Below are positions 1-14,917 of a stretch of 64,000 nucleotides of DNA, in pieces. Within the stretch, counting starts at the first letter, position 1, and every line of letters begins with the position of its first letter. The stretch lies in contig NC_043005.1 in the NCBI RefSeq assembly GCF_006345805.1, positions 28,210,001 through 28,274,000 of the forward strand, read 5' to 3'. The notes under the pieces are model-generated. The model had not been told where the DNA came from. It saw only the letters and a list, made by a program, of their open reading frames with translations, and did no database searches. Both the position numbers and the translations under genes were made by a program. This DNA comes from Octopus sinensis (taxonomy: Eukaryota).

Positions 1-1585
1 TATACATGTGTGTTTGCACATATTTGTGTATATATATATATGTATATATGTATATGTATATATATACATATTTGCACATGCGTGTATGTGTAAATATATA
101 TATGCACACACACACACACACACACACATATGTATATCTATGTAATCTTCCTCTCACTACCATCCACCATCTTATCTCTTTTTCTCACCATTTCTCATCA
201 ACTCTGACTAAGTCTGTGAAATTTTCCACTTGAACTTTTCATGGCAAAATTGTGTCAAACTTAAAGAGGAGAAGAGAACATCCTGACATCTTCGCATGAT
301 TTTTGGGAGAAGAAGCGAAGCTTGAATGAACATTAAAAGGCACTCATTCCCCCCAACCCTGTTTCTCTCTTTCTGTGACAAATAGAAGAATAACAAAATA
401 ATTTTTTTTGGCTGCTCCCTTCAATGTTTTCTTCAATTCTGACTTTCCATTTCATTGTGATTCTTTACTCTCCATTCTTGCTTTCTCTTAGTCTATCTAA
501 TTATTCTTCTTTTACTTGTTCTCTACTCTCTCTCTCTCTTTTACTCATTTTGTTTATTTTTCACAATGTATATATACTTCTATCTACCTATCTGTTTGTC
601 TGTCTATCTCATCGATCTATAGATAGATACTATTTAATGTAATATATACCCGGAGATAAATATATTTAATATATATTCTTCTGTCTGTCAATGTATGTAT
701 TTGTGTGTGTGTGTGTGTTCTGTGTCCATCTGTCTGTCTGTCTGCCTATGTAGTTAATTTATATCCAATATATAATTGTCATATATTTCATTTAATTCTC
801 AACTTGTGTATTCAAGGGAAGAGTAAATACAATTTGGTGATGACGTGAGGTGGTGACGGTGATGATGATGGTGATGTTATTGTGGCATTAATAATGTGAT
901 TGTGGTGGAGTAGTAGTAGTGGTGGTGGTGATGGTGTTCGGGGTGTGATGTGGTATGAAGGTAGTGGTGGTGGTGATGGGGATGCAGTTGTGATGGGTTG
1001 CAGTGGTGTTGGTGGTGATGCTGGCAGCAGAGATGTAATGATAATGATGGTGGTGATGACTTTATATATATATATTCAATCATTTCTTCATTTCTTTTTT
1101 TTTTATATTTCTTCAAATTTTGTGCTTCCATACTTTTTCCTCAGGCTCTTCTATCTCTGCTATCCCCTATCTCCTTTCTCTCCTCGGTGTCCTTTATCAT
1201 CCTCTTGTCTTTACTCTCCTCCACCATCAACCATTCTTTCTAGCTTGCTCATCTTGACTGAAACAACTTCATGCTATTTACATACAAATATGTTAGCATG
1301 CCTTCACTTGCCTGTATGCACACGCGCACACACCCACACCCACCCACATACACACACATACGAACACACACATACGCACACACGCACATAAATACCTGCA
1401 CTATTCTGTGAATACAAAGATACAAACACACAGATAAAGATACATACTTGCTCACACGTTGTCATCCTTCACACATACACATGCTCACATAAAGATACCA
1501 TCATTCTTTACACTTATGCACCCATCCACACACACATACACATTTGCTCAGAAAAAGACACTTATTCCTCGCACATATGTACATA

Positions 1586-1621
<36 letters not shown>

Positions 1622-2011
1622 AAGAGTTGTTCACATTATCACTCTTTACACATATACACATACACACACAAACACTTGCTCACATAAACACACTGAATTT
1701 TTACACCCATACAAACATAGATACTCTCACCTCTCACACATATATGCACACACACACACACACTCACACTTGTCCATAAATGCATTCTCACTCCTCACTT
1801 TTACACATACACACAGACAAAGGATTCTCTTATATAATATACATATATACACGTATATATGCATGCTTACTTATGCACAGACAGACAGATACACATGAAT
1901 ATTGGAAGTAATTCCTATTAAAAATTCATATAAAATATTGTAGATATTAAGTGAGGAAATATTTGGTAATACTGTGGCAGGTTGTTACTTAGATGTAGTG
2001 GTTGTGTAAAT

Positions 2012-2051
<40 letters not shown>

Positions 2052-2409
2052 AGTGTACAGTGGCAAAAACACATTCACAGATGCAATTACACAACAATGA
2101 TCATACATACATATAAACATTACAACATATATATGCACTCACCTTCACATATGCACATAGATGATACTTATAAAGATTATAACAGCCATACATATATATA
2201 CATAAAAGTCATACACACACACACACAAATGTAAAGTATAAACACATACATATAAACATAACATGAATATGCATAGCAATGACATATATATATATATTAT
2301 ATATATATATATATAATATATATATATATAAGAATATATAAATATATATCATCATCACGGACGCTAAACGATGATGATGATATATATTTATATATTCTTT
2401 TCTTTTTTC

Positions 2410-2805
2410 CTTTTCTTTTATTTGTTTCAATCATTTTGACTGCGGCCATGCAGGAGCATCGCCTTTAGTCAGGCAAATTGACCACAGGACTTATTCTTTC
2501 TAAGCCTAGTACTTATTCTATTGGTCTCTGTGCCAAACCGCTAAGTTATGGGGACGTAAACACACCAGCATCGGTTTTCAAGCGATAGTGGTGGGACGAA
2601 CAGAGACACACAAACACACACACACATATATATATATATATACGATGGGCTTCTTTCAGTTTCCGTCTACCAAATCCACTTACAAGGCTTTGGTTGGCCC
2701 AAGGCTATAGTAGAAAACACTTACCCAAGGTGCCACGCAATGGGACTGAACCTGGAACCATGTAGTTTGTAAGCAAGCTATTTGCCACACAGCCATGCCT
2801 GCACC
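2410..2805 (-). mobile_element. tRNA-headed SINE family 1; near-full copies also at about 10525-10920(-), 17246-17615(+), 20969-21325(+), 36855-37238(-), 55100-55506(-), 58336-58760(+), plus many fragments
   Basis: Recurrent head ggctgtgtggtaag...ggttcagtcccactg, core ccttgggcaagtgtcttctactatagc, internal (CA)/(TA) tract and tail gaaacaagtaaaagaata. Confidence 0.85.
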
Positions 2806-3929
2806 TATATACAAACATTATAACAATCACATGTAAAAAAAAACATAGCATTACACATGTGCAGCATATGTAAATATTTGGGTATATCTGCACACACATT
2901 AAAGAAGCTATGTAAAACATAACATACAATAAAATTTACATATTACAATAATCTTACAGCTGAATTTTTGAAATTTCTTCTGTTGCTGTAGTTACCCTAT
3001 TTTCCATATAATACTTTTAAAATCTATCCTATTTCATATTCACTCACAGACACACAGAGATAAATAAATAAATGTTTTAGGAGCAGTTTTAGGGGCAAGT
3101 GTCTTCTACTACAGCCTTAGGCTGACCAGAACCTTATAAGTGAATTTGGTCAATGGAAACTGAAAGAAACCCAACATGTGTGTTTGTGTTTGTCTCCCTG
3201 ATGCTTGACAGCCAGTGTTGGTTTTTATTTATGTCCCCATAACTTATTCTATCAGTCTCTTTTGCCGAGCCACTAAATACGAATCTTAAAAATAAGTACC
3301 GAGGTGAGTTTGTTCAACTAAAATTCCTCAAGGTGGTACCTCAGCATGAGCTGCAGTTTAATGACTGAAGCGAGTAAAAGAAAATAGAAAGAAAGATATA
3401 CATATATCATCATCGCCGTCATCATCATCATCATTATCAATTAATGCCCTCTTTTCCATGCTGGTATGTGTTGGACTGATATATTTTATGATTAGCAGTC
3501 CTTGCATGAAATTTTTCTCTATTTTTTAGACAAATATTACCCTGATGAGATTCATATACATAAATTTGAATTTTTTTATGAATTCACAAGTGGATATGAA
3601 TGAAACAAATTATAGGATATATATTTGTTTTAATTATTTATTATATTATATTGTATTTTTTTTAGCATAATAATATTATATTGTTAATAAATTCATAATA
3701 TGTCAATTGTATTTCTTTATTTCCTTTAATATATATATACATATATAAGTAACCATTTTATTTTTGGTATACACTTTGATACTTTGTAGTTTGTTTCTAT
3801 CCTTGTATACTTTACTTTATTTCTTGTATGGGCAAGAATTATTTATCATGCCTTAGTTCTTTATGGAGAAGCATAGTACACTAAAATTATTCAGGTTCAT
3901 CTCAACTAAATTTCCATCTTTACATTGCA

Positions 3930-4420
3930 TGCAGCTGCCAAGTTCAACCAAATTTGCATGCTTCACTCAATGTTAGGGAGTCAATATCCTTAATTGTTTG
4001 AACTCTTCAAGTTTGTAAAATTCTTTTCCATCATTTGTTGTTGATTTTCACCAACATTTTGATTGTCTGCTTCTTCATATTCATACCGTTTATCGAAATC
4101 AAGAATATTCTGATCGATTAATTCTTCTGAATGGAATCACGAATGTCTGCATCATCTTTTTCTTTTATCCCAAAACATCAAGATATTTTTTCTTCTACCT
4201 TTTTTATCTGCACTTGTTACCTCACCTTTTAATTAACATTGTGAATTCCTGTTTGAGTTTAGAATTTGTAAACCCAACCAGATCTTGCAGTAGAAGTTTC
4301 TTCAGATGCTGCTAGAATCCGATTTCCTTTTGTTAAGTGCAGAGATGATTAATGTTTCCATTTCGCATGTAATGGTGCTTAAGGGAATTTGTTTTTGGTT
4401 GCAATCTTCCAATGATTTAA
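3930..4420 (-). mobile_element. Degenerate Tigger/pogo transposase relic
   Basis: Minus-strand fragments 'EDCNQKQIPLS', 'STARSGWVYKF*TQTGIHNV' and 'KGEVTSADKK' match the pogo/TIGD CENP-B HTH consensus (AS.GW...FK.R...HN....GE..SAD); stops and frameshifts present. Confidence 0.6.
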
Positions 4421-4585
4421 TCTGTTGCTCCATTTAAACCTTTTGTTACAATATTTCTGCTGAAATACCCTTCTTTTGCTTCAATTATTTTCAAAATAAT
4501 GGTGACTTCATCATTTATTAAGTTAGTGTTTGAAACATAAATTGACATGAATTTTGATGGAAGCTTTTAATTTATATCATTTTAA

Positions 4586-4808
4586 CCCTTTTGTTACCAT
4601 ATTTTTATTGAAATAAACTGCCTTTGCTCCAATTAATTCTGAAAATAATAACAGATTTAGTAAAATAACTTTACAATTTATTAAATTAGGGTTTGAAACA
4701 TAAATTGACATGAAATTTTGATGGAAGCTTTTAATTTAGATCATTTAAAACAGGAACTTTACATTGTGGAAGCAGGGGTGGGCCTGAATGGGTTGGTATC
4801 AAAAGGGA
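4586..4808. mobile_element. piggyBac-type MITE (TTAA-CCC...GGG-TTAA), preceded by a partial tandem copy at about 4425-4580
   Basis: ttaa|cccttttgttacc ... ggtatcaaaaggga|ttaa; internal similarity to the element at 39295-39512. Confidence 0.55.
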
Positions 4809-6779
4809 TTAACATTACCTCCTGGTCCTTGGCTGCTTCAGCAGTGTCTATTCAGTTGCAAGCATTCATTCTAAATGTTTGCTCTGATGAATACGTTCCT
4901 CCCACCAGTTACAAAAACCTTGAAAAGGGTCATGTGTAGTGCTGCCTTTCTTCTTCTGGTTAAGTTATTAATCATCTCCACCACCATCATCATCATCATC
5001 ATCATAGTTTAAAATCCACTTTTCCATGCTTGCATGGTTCAGATGAAGTGTAGTGAAGCAGATTTTCTACAGCTGGACGCCCTTCCTGTCACTAACCCTT
5101 ACCTGTTTCTAAGCAAAACAATATTTCCCCATTAACAGACTTGTCACAAACTTGGAAACGAATGACACTGCTTGTATGACAGTGACACTCATTTACAACT
5201 ACCACACAATGTCAAGACAAGGAGACACAAACATACATGTTCACACACACACACACACACACACACATTTATGATGGGTTTCTTTCAGTTTCCATCTTCC
5301 AAATCTACTCACAAGGCTTTGATCAGTCTGGGGCTACAATAGAAGACACTTGCCCAAAGTGGTTAGCAAGAAGACTTTCCAAGCACATTGTCACAAAGAC
5401 ACAAGACATGCCGTTTCCATTAAAATATTATTTTGATTCCTTGGAGTTTCCATATTGGAAGTTAATCATGCTTTAACCTTTCCTATTTTCTGTTACTGGT
5501 TTCAGTTATTTCACTGCAGCCATGCTGGAGTACTGCCTTAAGCATAATCATTTATTTTCCTTGTAAATGTTCACATTGCTGCTTCATCGATTCCCAGCTC
5601 TCATCCTATTTTTACTTTACTTGTGAGTGGATTCGGAAGATACAAACAGAAAGAAACCACCATCACATAATTTGTGTGTGTGTGTGTGTAATTGTCTTAA
5701 GTAAATATTAAAAAGAAAGGAGGAAGCAGTGTTGTGGCAAAGATGGTAAATTCTAAAGTCATAAAGTAACCAATTTTTACCCCTGTATCTTCTGTGTTCA
5801 AATCCTGTCAAGGTTGACTTTGCGTTTTACACTTCAAGGGTTAATAAATATATATATATATATACTCTAGTTAATTCATTTGACAGAAAAATAATTAAAA
5901 AAACCTTCCCTTAGAAATTTCTGGCCATATTCCAATGTGAGAACTCCAAATAATTGTAAAATATGTCTAATTAATCTAATTTGAATTCATATCTCCTGAG
6001 ATGTAGCAAAATTTTCAATGCCATCATCATCTTCACCATCATCAACATCACCAGCATTGAAATCAGAATTTACTATCATCATATTTTCGAGGCTGTATAG
6101 GCTTGCATGCCCATAGCCGGCACTCTGCCAAATTGTTTGATGTTCTAAGTTGATAAAACTTCAGAGTAAATAGGTAATGCTGTTTGATCATGAAAAACCT
6201 GTTTAATTGTGGTGGAGGCTTTTTACTTCCATCATCGTCATCATCATCACCACCACCAATGGTAAGATGGCCAAGTGTGAGAAGGTACTGGACAATCTAC
6301 TTCTTGATTGTAACTTCAAAACTCACTGCTGGTACTTCTAGGCAGAAAATTTTATTCTGTATCAACACAGTTGAGTTATTTATTTTTTTTTTGTGGAAAT
6401 CATCTGGGGAAGTTATCTACATTAGGCTGGCCAGTGTGTGTAAAGGGTGGCATGTGTATGTGTGCATTGGCTAGTGTATGTATGTAATGGCTGATGTGTG
6501 TGTGTTGGTATATGTATATGCGAATGTACCAGTTAGTGTTACTGACCAAAAAAAAGGTTCACTCTCTACTTCACAATTCATCAATCAGTTATGAAGGTCA
6601 TTCTTTCGTCTATAAAAACAGATTCCATTTTCCTTTTCATAGTGCAGTAGTCAACACTAGGAAGGTCATTCATCCAAATGAACTGCATAAATAATGGTTC
6701 TAGCTGAGAAAAACCATCCACTCAGTCATGCCATTGGGTAGAAAATACCAAACCTATACCAGTGCCGCATAACCAGCCC

Positions 6780-7203
6780 CAGCCCACTCAAAAGTACCTT
6801 GGATTGTATGATTACATGCTGTACTTGAGGAGACCTATTTAGTCAAGTACATCAAAATCAAAATCAAATGGAAATTGTAGTTGTGACCCTGTGCCAATGG
6901 CACGTAAAAAAGCACCATTCGAATGTGGCCGATGCCAGCGCTGCCTTGACTGGCTTCCATGCCGGTGGCATGTAAAAAACACCAACAGATAGTGGTTGTT
7001 GCCAGCCTCCTTTGGCCCCTGTGCTGGTGGCACGTAAAAAGCACCCACTACACTCTTGGAGTGGTTGGTATTAGGAAAGGAATCCAGCTGTTGAAACATT
7101 GCCAGATCAGACTGGAGCCCTGCAGCCTCCTGGCTTCCCAGACCCTGATCGAAGTGTCCAATCCATGCTAGCATGGAAAACGGACGTTAAATGATGATGA
7201 TGA
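6780..7203 (+). mobile_element. RTE-family 3'UTR fragment ending in (GAT)n; related copies at about 11085-11442(+), 34990-35400(-), 43260-43640(-), 52790-53203(+), 56880-57385(-), 61915-62222(+)
   Basis: Shared ggcacgtaaaaagcacc internal repeats and ccatgctagcatggaaaacggacgttaaa(c/t)gatgatg end, matching the 3'UTR of the RTE at 12851-13900. Confidence 0.7.
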
Positions 7204-7210
7204 TGATATA

Positions 7211-7256
<46 letters not shown>

Positions 7257-10200
7257 TCATCATCATCATCATCATTGTTTTTACGTCCATCTTCCATGCT
7301 GGCATACGTTGGATGGTTTGACTGGAGCTGGAAAACCAGAGAACTGCAACTAATTCCACTGTTTGTTTTGACATGGCTTGGGGCTAGTTGATTACATTGA
7401 CCCCAGTGCTCTGCTTATTTTACTGACCCTGAAAGGACAAAAGGCAAAGTCAATCTTGACAGTTTGGACTCAGAACATAGAGGTGGACAAATAAAAACAT
7501 CAATAATGGTTTTTGATTTAGATACAAGGCCAGCAAAAACGTTATTTGTCTATACAGTTATGGAGAAAACTGCAGTCTACTGCACTTTCTGAGTGGCAAG
7601 CCTAATGAAAAAGGTTGCCTTTATCTGGTCTATACTGTCAACTCTAGCACTTGACTAACATTTCATTTTGTGGATTGCTAAAGGATGGCTGATAAAAGTT
7701 GAACTTGGTTGCATTTGAACTCAAAATATAAAGAGTCAAGAGAAGTGCTAAGTACAAGGCCAGTAAGAAATATGCTAGTTGATACCATCAACACCAGTCC
7801 TTTCCTTTATTGACTCTGGAGGAATGTAAGAGAAAGTTCGGAATGCCAAGACAAATGCTGCAAGGTATTTTTTCTGATACCAATAATAATTTCAATAATA
7901 AGACTGTGTAGCATAATTTTTGTCCTTTGGTAGCAACTGTTATTTCCCATTATCTTACCTTGAGAAAGTATGAAAACTGGCTAATATTTCCTTCAAAATT
8001 TGCTTTTGTTAAATTTATTCAAGCCCCAAAGAATCCCTCTTGACACATGGCTATGATGCTCCTCCATTACTCCTGCTCATGATCAGAGATGACGTATTGT
8101 TAGTCACTAAGGGACATGCTCAACTGGTTAAGGTCAAACAACTTTTCTACTCTAGGCACAAGGCCTGAAATTTTTGGTGAAGGAGCCAATCGATTATATA
8201 GATCCCAGGCAAAGCCAACCATAGCAGCATTTGAAGTCAGAATGTAAAGACAGACAAAACACCACTAAGCATTTTACCCGGCATGCAAATGTTTCTGCCA
8301 GCTCACCACTTGTTAGGGTCAAGTCACTGATAAGTAAATCAGGGTGTTAAGCAGAATATTTTTCTATAATGATATTTCTGCTTCAGCATCACAGCACTGA
8401 ATCTGTCTGAAATGTAATGGAAAATAAGTCAGTTTGCAAACATTGATGTCCAGGTCACAAAAGCAAAGTTTGAAAGGATTAGTCGTCATTTCTGCTCAAA
8501 AGCAAATAAGGAATAACACTTACTGACCAAAGACTAAACAAGAAAAAAAATTAAAATTTTGTTACACAGTGTTATTGATTAATAAAAGAGCAATATATCT
8601 AATTGGATGGTATATTGTGTCAGTGATATCATTTCCAACGAGAAATATGTGAAGCTAAACTTGACAGAACTAGAACTTTGAACCACTAAGATGCCGAACA
8701 AATGAAGAATCTAAGACAGTAACAAGCAAAATGATTTCTTAATATTCCATTATTTGAAAATTTAATTTGTCGATTTTCATATGTTTGAAAACCAGAGAAT
8801 TGGGTGTAGTCAGCTAAAATGTAATTCAAAGGCTTTAGTTCTTATCTTCTTCCTCCATTTCCTCTTTTCTGCTAGGCATATTTCTTGAGATTTTATAGAA
8901 ATTATGAAAATTATGTCACGCGTGATGATTGGAAGGGAACAAAACAGAAATCTTGAAAATTTTAACAAAACCCTCCACATCACCACTGCCAACAACACAT
9001 CTAAGGCAAACTACTGAAGGAAAGATGGCAGGATATCAACATTTTAAGATTTTTATGCACAGAGACAACATGATTTGTTACATAATTCAGATGATTTGTC
9101 TGGAATTCATCTCAAATGTCTCCATTCTCTCCCCAAACATTTTTTCATGCTCTTCTTTCTACAATATTCCGCAATATCCTTATCTCTCCCCTCCTACCAC
9201 TCCTCTGTGCTTTAACCTTGCTCTCTTAAGAAGCCACCTTCACTTCTTTCTTTGTTTCTCTTCTGACTCCCTGCCACTACTACACCACTTCTACCACCAC
9301 CATTTCACGTACCACCATTACCACAACCACCTACCACCTTCACTAATACCACCAACACTGCCCACTATTACCGGTGACATCAACACCACCCCTTTCACTA
9401 CCCCTCCACCATCACCATGGCTACTATCTCCACGCTATCACCACTACCACCACACCACCACCATCACCACTACCATCACCACCACCTTCTCTACTCCCAC
9501 CACCACCATCACCTTCAATTACTCATTCCTTCCAATCTCTCTTATATTCCACTCAACATTTTTTCCAGAACTACTCCCCCTCCTACTTTCACTGTCACCC
9601 TCTTCTAGTCATTTCCCTCTCCTTTTGCTTTGTTACCACTCCCTTAGCTATATCTCCCACCTCACCTCCATACCCCTACAACCCCAACCACCACCATTTT
9701 GTTTGGATCCACTTGAAAAAAATGTCATATTTTTAACAAAACTCATTTCTTTTTTGATATTTACAGTTTCTTCTGTCATATATCCAACACTACTACTACT
9801 ACTACAACACACAAATACATTTGAATACATTCAGACACGAGAGAGTAGAAAAAGAAAGAGTAAAGTGAAAGGGCAGGAGGAAAAGTGAGAGATGGGGAAA
9901 TAGGAGAGACAGAGAGGGAGGGAGAGAGATAGGGGGAAGAGACAAGGGAGAGAGGGGAGAGATAGGAGAGACAGAGAAGGAGGGAGAGAGATAGGGGAAG
10001 AGACAAGGGAGAGAGGTGAGAGAAAGACAGTAAGTACTCAATACATGTAATTCAAAAGTTTTTTCACTCGTTTGAAGCTGAAGTTTTCACTTCGTTGCAA
10101 ACTTTATATTTTTATTGATTTGGTCTGAAAGACAGGAGGTTGTTTGTGTCTATTGCTTTCACAGGCCCTCTCAGAACAACAAGATCAACGAGATAGTGCA

Positions 10201-10439
10201 GTGTTTAAGTTTTAATTAAGTGTGTGTGTGAGAGAGTCATCTCGCCATGTTGGACTACTGAATTCTACACAGTTTTTTTCTCTCCATTTTTTTTCATCTT
10301 ATTTCTTTGTCGAAGAGCGTAGGCTTAAAACATGAAGGACTTTTTCATTCTTCCCAAACGTTAAACAAACAATACACCTGCTTGTTGTTCCTACACCTGT
10401 CTTTGTCTTTTGTTTTACTGTAAATTTGAACTTTATGTA

Positions 10440-11072
10440 CAGTAATCCCTTGACTATCGCTGGTGTTACATTCCAAAATCCCCTGCAATAGGTGAAAGTT
10501 CACAAAGTAGAAACAGTACTCTATTCTTTTATTCTTTTACTTGTTTCAGTCATTTGACTGAGTCCATGCTGGAGCACCGCCTTTAGTTGAGCAAATCGAC
10601 CCCGGGACTTATTCTTTGTAAGCCCAGTACTTATTCTATCGGTCTCTTTTGCCGAACCGCTAAGTGACGGGGATGTAAACACACCAGCATCGGTTGTCAA
10701 GCAATGCTAGGGGGACAAACACACACACATACACATATATATATACATACATATATACGACAGGCTTCTTTCAGTTTCCGTCTATCAAATCCATTCACAA
10801 GGCATTGGTCGGCCCGGGGCTATAGCAGAAGACACTTGTCCAAGATGCCATGCAGTAGGACTGAACCCAGAACCATGTGGTTGATTAGCAAGCTACTTAC
10901 CACACAGCCACTCCTGCGCCTATATAATTTTTTTTTTTATTTTCATAATTTGTATATATTTATTTTATTATAAATGCAAAACAACACCATGGAGGAATCG
11001 ATGTAAGCTTAAATAATAAACCATGATAGATGAACCGCGATAGGTGAACCGTAATATGGTGAGGAATTACTG
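10440..11072. mobile_element. Tigger-like MITE interrupted by a SINE
   Basis: TA|cagtaatccct ... gaggaattactg|TA termini; SINE inserted at about 10525-10920. Confidence 0.6.
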
Positions 11073-12850
11073 TATGTATGTATGTCTGAAGGCAGATCTC
11101 TGGACACTGAGCCTTACAAAGGAGATGACTGAAGAGTGAGATATCTGGTGACTTGCTGTACTCTTGAAGACTCACCCACCACAGCAGAGTTGTTAATGCT
11201 CCCCCCACCCACCATCTGAAAAAGTTCTCACCTTGCAAGCCCCTTGTACTGGTCCAGATGTATTGGTTCATGTAAAAAGCACCCAGCACATTCTGTAAAG
11301 TGGTTGCCATTAGGAAGGTCATCAAGTCCTAGAAACCAAGTCGAATCACACTGGACCCTGGTGCAGCTCTCTACTTTGCCAGCTCTGGTCAAACTGTCCA
11401 ACTCATACCAGCATGGAAAACAGACATTGAAAGATGATGATGATATATATATCTGTGTGTGTGTATGTGTGTATTACATAAATAACAGTAGTGCATTATT
11501 AATTTATTGTATTCTGGTTGGTGTTAGGAAGGGCATTCAGCCATAAAAAAACCATGCCAAAGCATACTACACAGAAGCATGGCGCAGGTTCTTGCCTGGT
11601 CAGCTCCTGTCAAACCATCCTGCTGGCATGGAAGGAGGTTGTTAAACGATGATGGTGGTGGTGGTGTGGTGTGTGTGTGTGTGTGTATGCATGTATGCTG
11701 GTGCTGGCATTCCATGTAAGAAACAGTGATTTGGTGTTTATATTCGATTTTGACATTATGACTGGTCTTTCTGTGATTTTCAAGGCTAGTGGAATTATAA
11801 TTTCCTTTACCTGACAAACTGGTAAGGAAAAAGCAATGTTGATCTTAATGTAATTTGAACTCAGAAACTAAAAATCATGTAACAAAATACTACAAGACAT
11901 TTTGTCAAATAACATTCCTGCTTTGGCCATTCCAGCATCAAAATATTATTAGTGATAATTAATTCTTTCCAATGTTTGGCATGAGGCCAGCAATTTTAGA
12001 GGGGATAGGAAATCAATTACATCAACTCCAATGCTCAACTTTAATTTATCTACCCTGATAAGGCAAATTCAACCTTGGTGCCATTGGAACTCAGAAAATA
12101 AAACCAGAAGAAATGCTGCTAAACATTTGGTTTGATATGTTAACAATTCTGTGATGATAAAGTTAACACACTTTTGTGCAATACTTTCAGAAAATGATCA
12201 AATATCAGAATGTTACATTTGAAATGTAAACAGGTTTGAAAGATAGAAAAAAAGTTTATAAATACTGCCACTTTTTATTTTATAATTTCTGTTAAAATTC
12301 CTAACTTGATAGTATCATTGTTGTCGTTGTCATTTTAATACCTACTTTTCCATGCTTGCATTGGTTGGACAAGTCTTCTCCAACATCGTGTCCTATCATT
12401 TTTTGTGTTTCTTTGTCACCTCCTTTGTAGAGTTCAGCTTCCTGAGATGAGCCTTTATCACTTCTTTCCATCTCTTCCTCAGGGCCTCCTCCCCACGAAT
12501 CTCCCATCATCCGTCCACGTTATGTATCTGTACCAGTGTTGGCATCTCTCTTACACCTAATACTTCTTATATCAGTTCTTTTCTTAGTTCACCTGTGCCT
12601 CCAACACATCCAGCATTTGTCTTCATATCTATCCATATAAGTCTATCAGTCTGTCTTTCTCTATCTATCTATCTATGCAAACCTCATTCTTTTTAGCCTT
12701 TGTACATCCACTGCATTCAATGCACACGTTTCACTCCCATACAGTATTGCATTCATACCCAAGCACCATACAATCTACCCTCACCCAAAAAGACAATTCT
12801 CTTCTCTCAGCTATAGTTTTAATGGCCTTAAGTAATGTAGATATTATATA

Positions 12851-13900
12851 TATCATCATCATCGTTTAACGTCCGCTTTCTATGCTAGCATGGGTTGAAC
12901 AATTTGACTGAGGACTGGCGAACCAGATGGCCACACCAGGCTCCAATCTGATCTGGCAGAGTTTCTACAGCTGGATGCCCTTCTTATGCCAGCCACTCTG
13001 AGAGTGTAGTGGGTACTTTTACGTGCCACCTGCACAGGAGCCAGTCCAGTGGCACTGGCAACAACCTCATTCGAATGTTTTTTTCATGTGCCACCAGCAC
13101 AAGTGCCAGTAAGGTGACGCTGGTAACGATCACACTCGAATGGTGCATTTTACATGCCACCAGCACAGAAGCCAGTCAGCTGCTCTGGCAACGATCACAC
13201 TCGGATGGTGCTCTTAGCGCTCTACTAGCTGGATGCCAGTCATCGAATTTGATTTCGATTTCACTTGCCTCAGCAGGTCTTTGCAAGTGTCCAATGAAGG
13301 AAAGGTACACATAAGTGGGCTGGTTACACCACTGGCATAGGCCACAGGTTATGATCTCACTTGGCTTGCCAGGTCTTCTCAAGCACAGCATATTTCAAAA
13401 GGTCTCGGTCACTAGTCATTGCCTCGGTGAGGCCTAATGTTCGAAGGTTGTGCTTCCCCACCTCATCCCAGGTCTTCCTGGGTATACCTCTTCCACTGGT
13501 TCCCTCAACTGCTAGGGTGTGGAACTTTTTCACATAGCTATCCTCATTCATTCTTGCCACATGACTATACCAGCACAGTTGTCTGTCTTACACACTACAT
13601 CTGATGCTTCTTAGGTCCAACTTTTCTCTCAAGGCACTTACACTCTGTTGAGTATGTACACTGACATTACACATCCAGTAGAGCATACTGGCTTCATTCC
13701 TTGCAAGCTTACGGCCCATGTTTCACTGCCATGTAGCATGGCTGTTCGTACACATGCATCATACAGTCTACCTTTTACTCTGAGTGAGAGGCCCTTTGTC
13801 ACCAGTAGAGGTAGGAGCTCTCTGAACTTTGCCCTGGCTATTCTTATTCTAGCTGCTACACTTTCAGAGCACCCCCCCCCCACTACTGACTTGGTGACCT
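12851..13900 (-). mobile_element. 5'-truncated RTE-clade LINE (ORF2 C-terminus, 3'UTR and (GAT)n tail)
   Basis: Minus ORFs 'GGGCSESVAARIRIARAKFRELLPLL...GRLYDACVRTAMLHGSETW' and 'GRGIPRKTWDEV...DRDL'; ends in gttaaacgatgatgatg. Confidence 0.85.
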
Positions 13901-14917
13901 AGGTAATGGAAGCTATCAACTACTTCTAGTTTTTTTCCCTGGAATGTGGCGGAAGTTGTTCCCTGCTCATTTTTTTATTGCTCCTGAGCATCTGCCACAT
14001 ACAAAAACTATCTTCCCAGTTAGCCTTCCTTTGATATTGCTGTACCTCTTATGTGTCCATAGCTTATACTGGGTACATCTTATAGAGTTTATATATACAT
14101 ATATATATATACACACACACACACACACTTTTATATTTTACTTGTTTCAGTCATTGGACTGCAACCATGCTTTGACACTACCTTGTTGAGTCTGGTCCAG
14201 CTAATTGATTCCAGTACTAATTCTTTTAGTCTGGTACTTATTCTGTTGGTCTCTTTTACCAAACTGTTAAGTTAAAGGGTTGTAAACAAACCAACACTGG
14301 TTGTCAAGTGGAGGTTAGGGGTACTAACGGACATACATACATAATATGACAGGCTTCTTTCAGTTTCCGTCTACCAAATTCGCTCACAAGGCATTAGCTG
14401 GCTTGTAGTTATAGCAGAAGGCAGCAAGGTAGTGAACACTAAGAATGAATCTAAATCCATCTTCGTCAGTTAATGTCTTTTGTTCATGCTGGTGTGAATT
14501 GGACAGTTTGACCAGAGCAGGGAAGCTGCACCAGACTCCTGTCTGATTTGGTATGGTTTCTATGGCTGGATTCCCTTCCTAACACTAACCTCTTTACAGA
14601 GTGTATTGGGTGCTTTTATGTGGCACAACACAGACATTTTTACATGGCACCACATGGGCACTTTACCATTATGGGGTTGCAAAGCAAAATTCTTAACCAC
14701 ACAGCCATAACTTGTACTAATGTAATCAATTAGTACAATTACATTATCAATTGGTCCAGTCTCTGTAATCGTATTGGAAGGATGAAAATGCAAAGTCACT
14801 CTCAGCAGGATTTGAACTCAAAGCATAAAGTGATGTAGATACATAGTGTTGAACATTTTCCCTTATGCTTTATCAATCCTACCAAAATCTGTTGTCCTTC
14901 AACAAAGGAAATAATTG

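Noticed and set aside
6-2430. Many HT/YI/CV-rich ORFs here and throughout the window
   Set aside because: Translations of (CA)n, (TA)n and (TG)n microsatellites.
6250-6270. ATG|gtaaga as the missing FYB start exon
   Set aside because: One of several such matches in 30 kb, embedded in a (CAT/CAC)n tract; cannot be distinguished from chance.
8524-8533. 10-nt minus-strand micro-exon (tttag|tctttggtca|gtaagt)
   Set aside because: No partner exons identified; plausible by chance in AT-rich DNA.
8929-9888. 319-aa His/Thr/Pro-rich ORF
   Set aside because: Produced by (CAC/CAT/ACC)n low-complexity DNA; no domain, splice context or codon signal.
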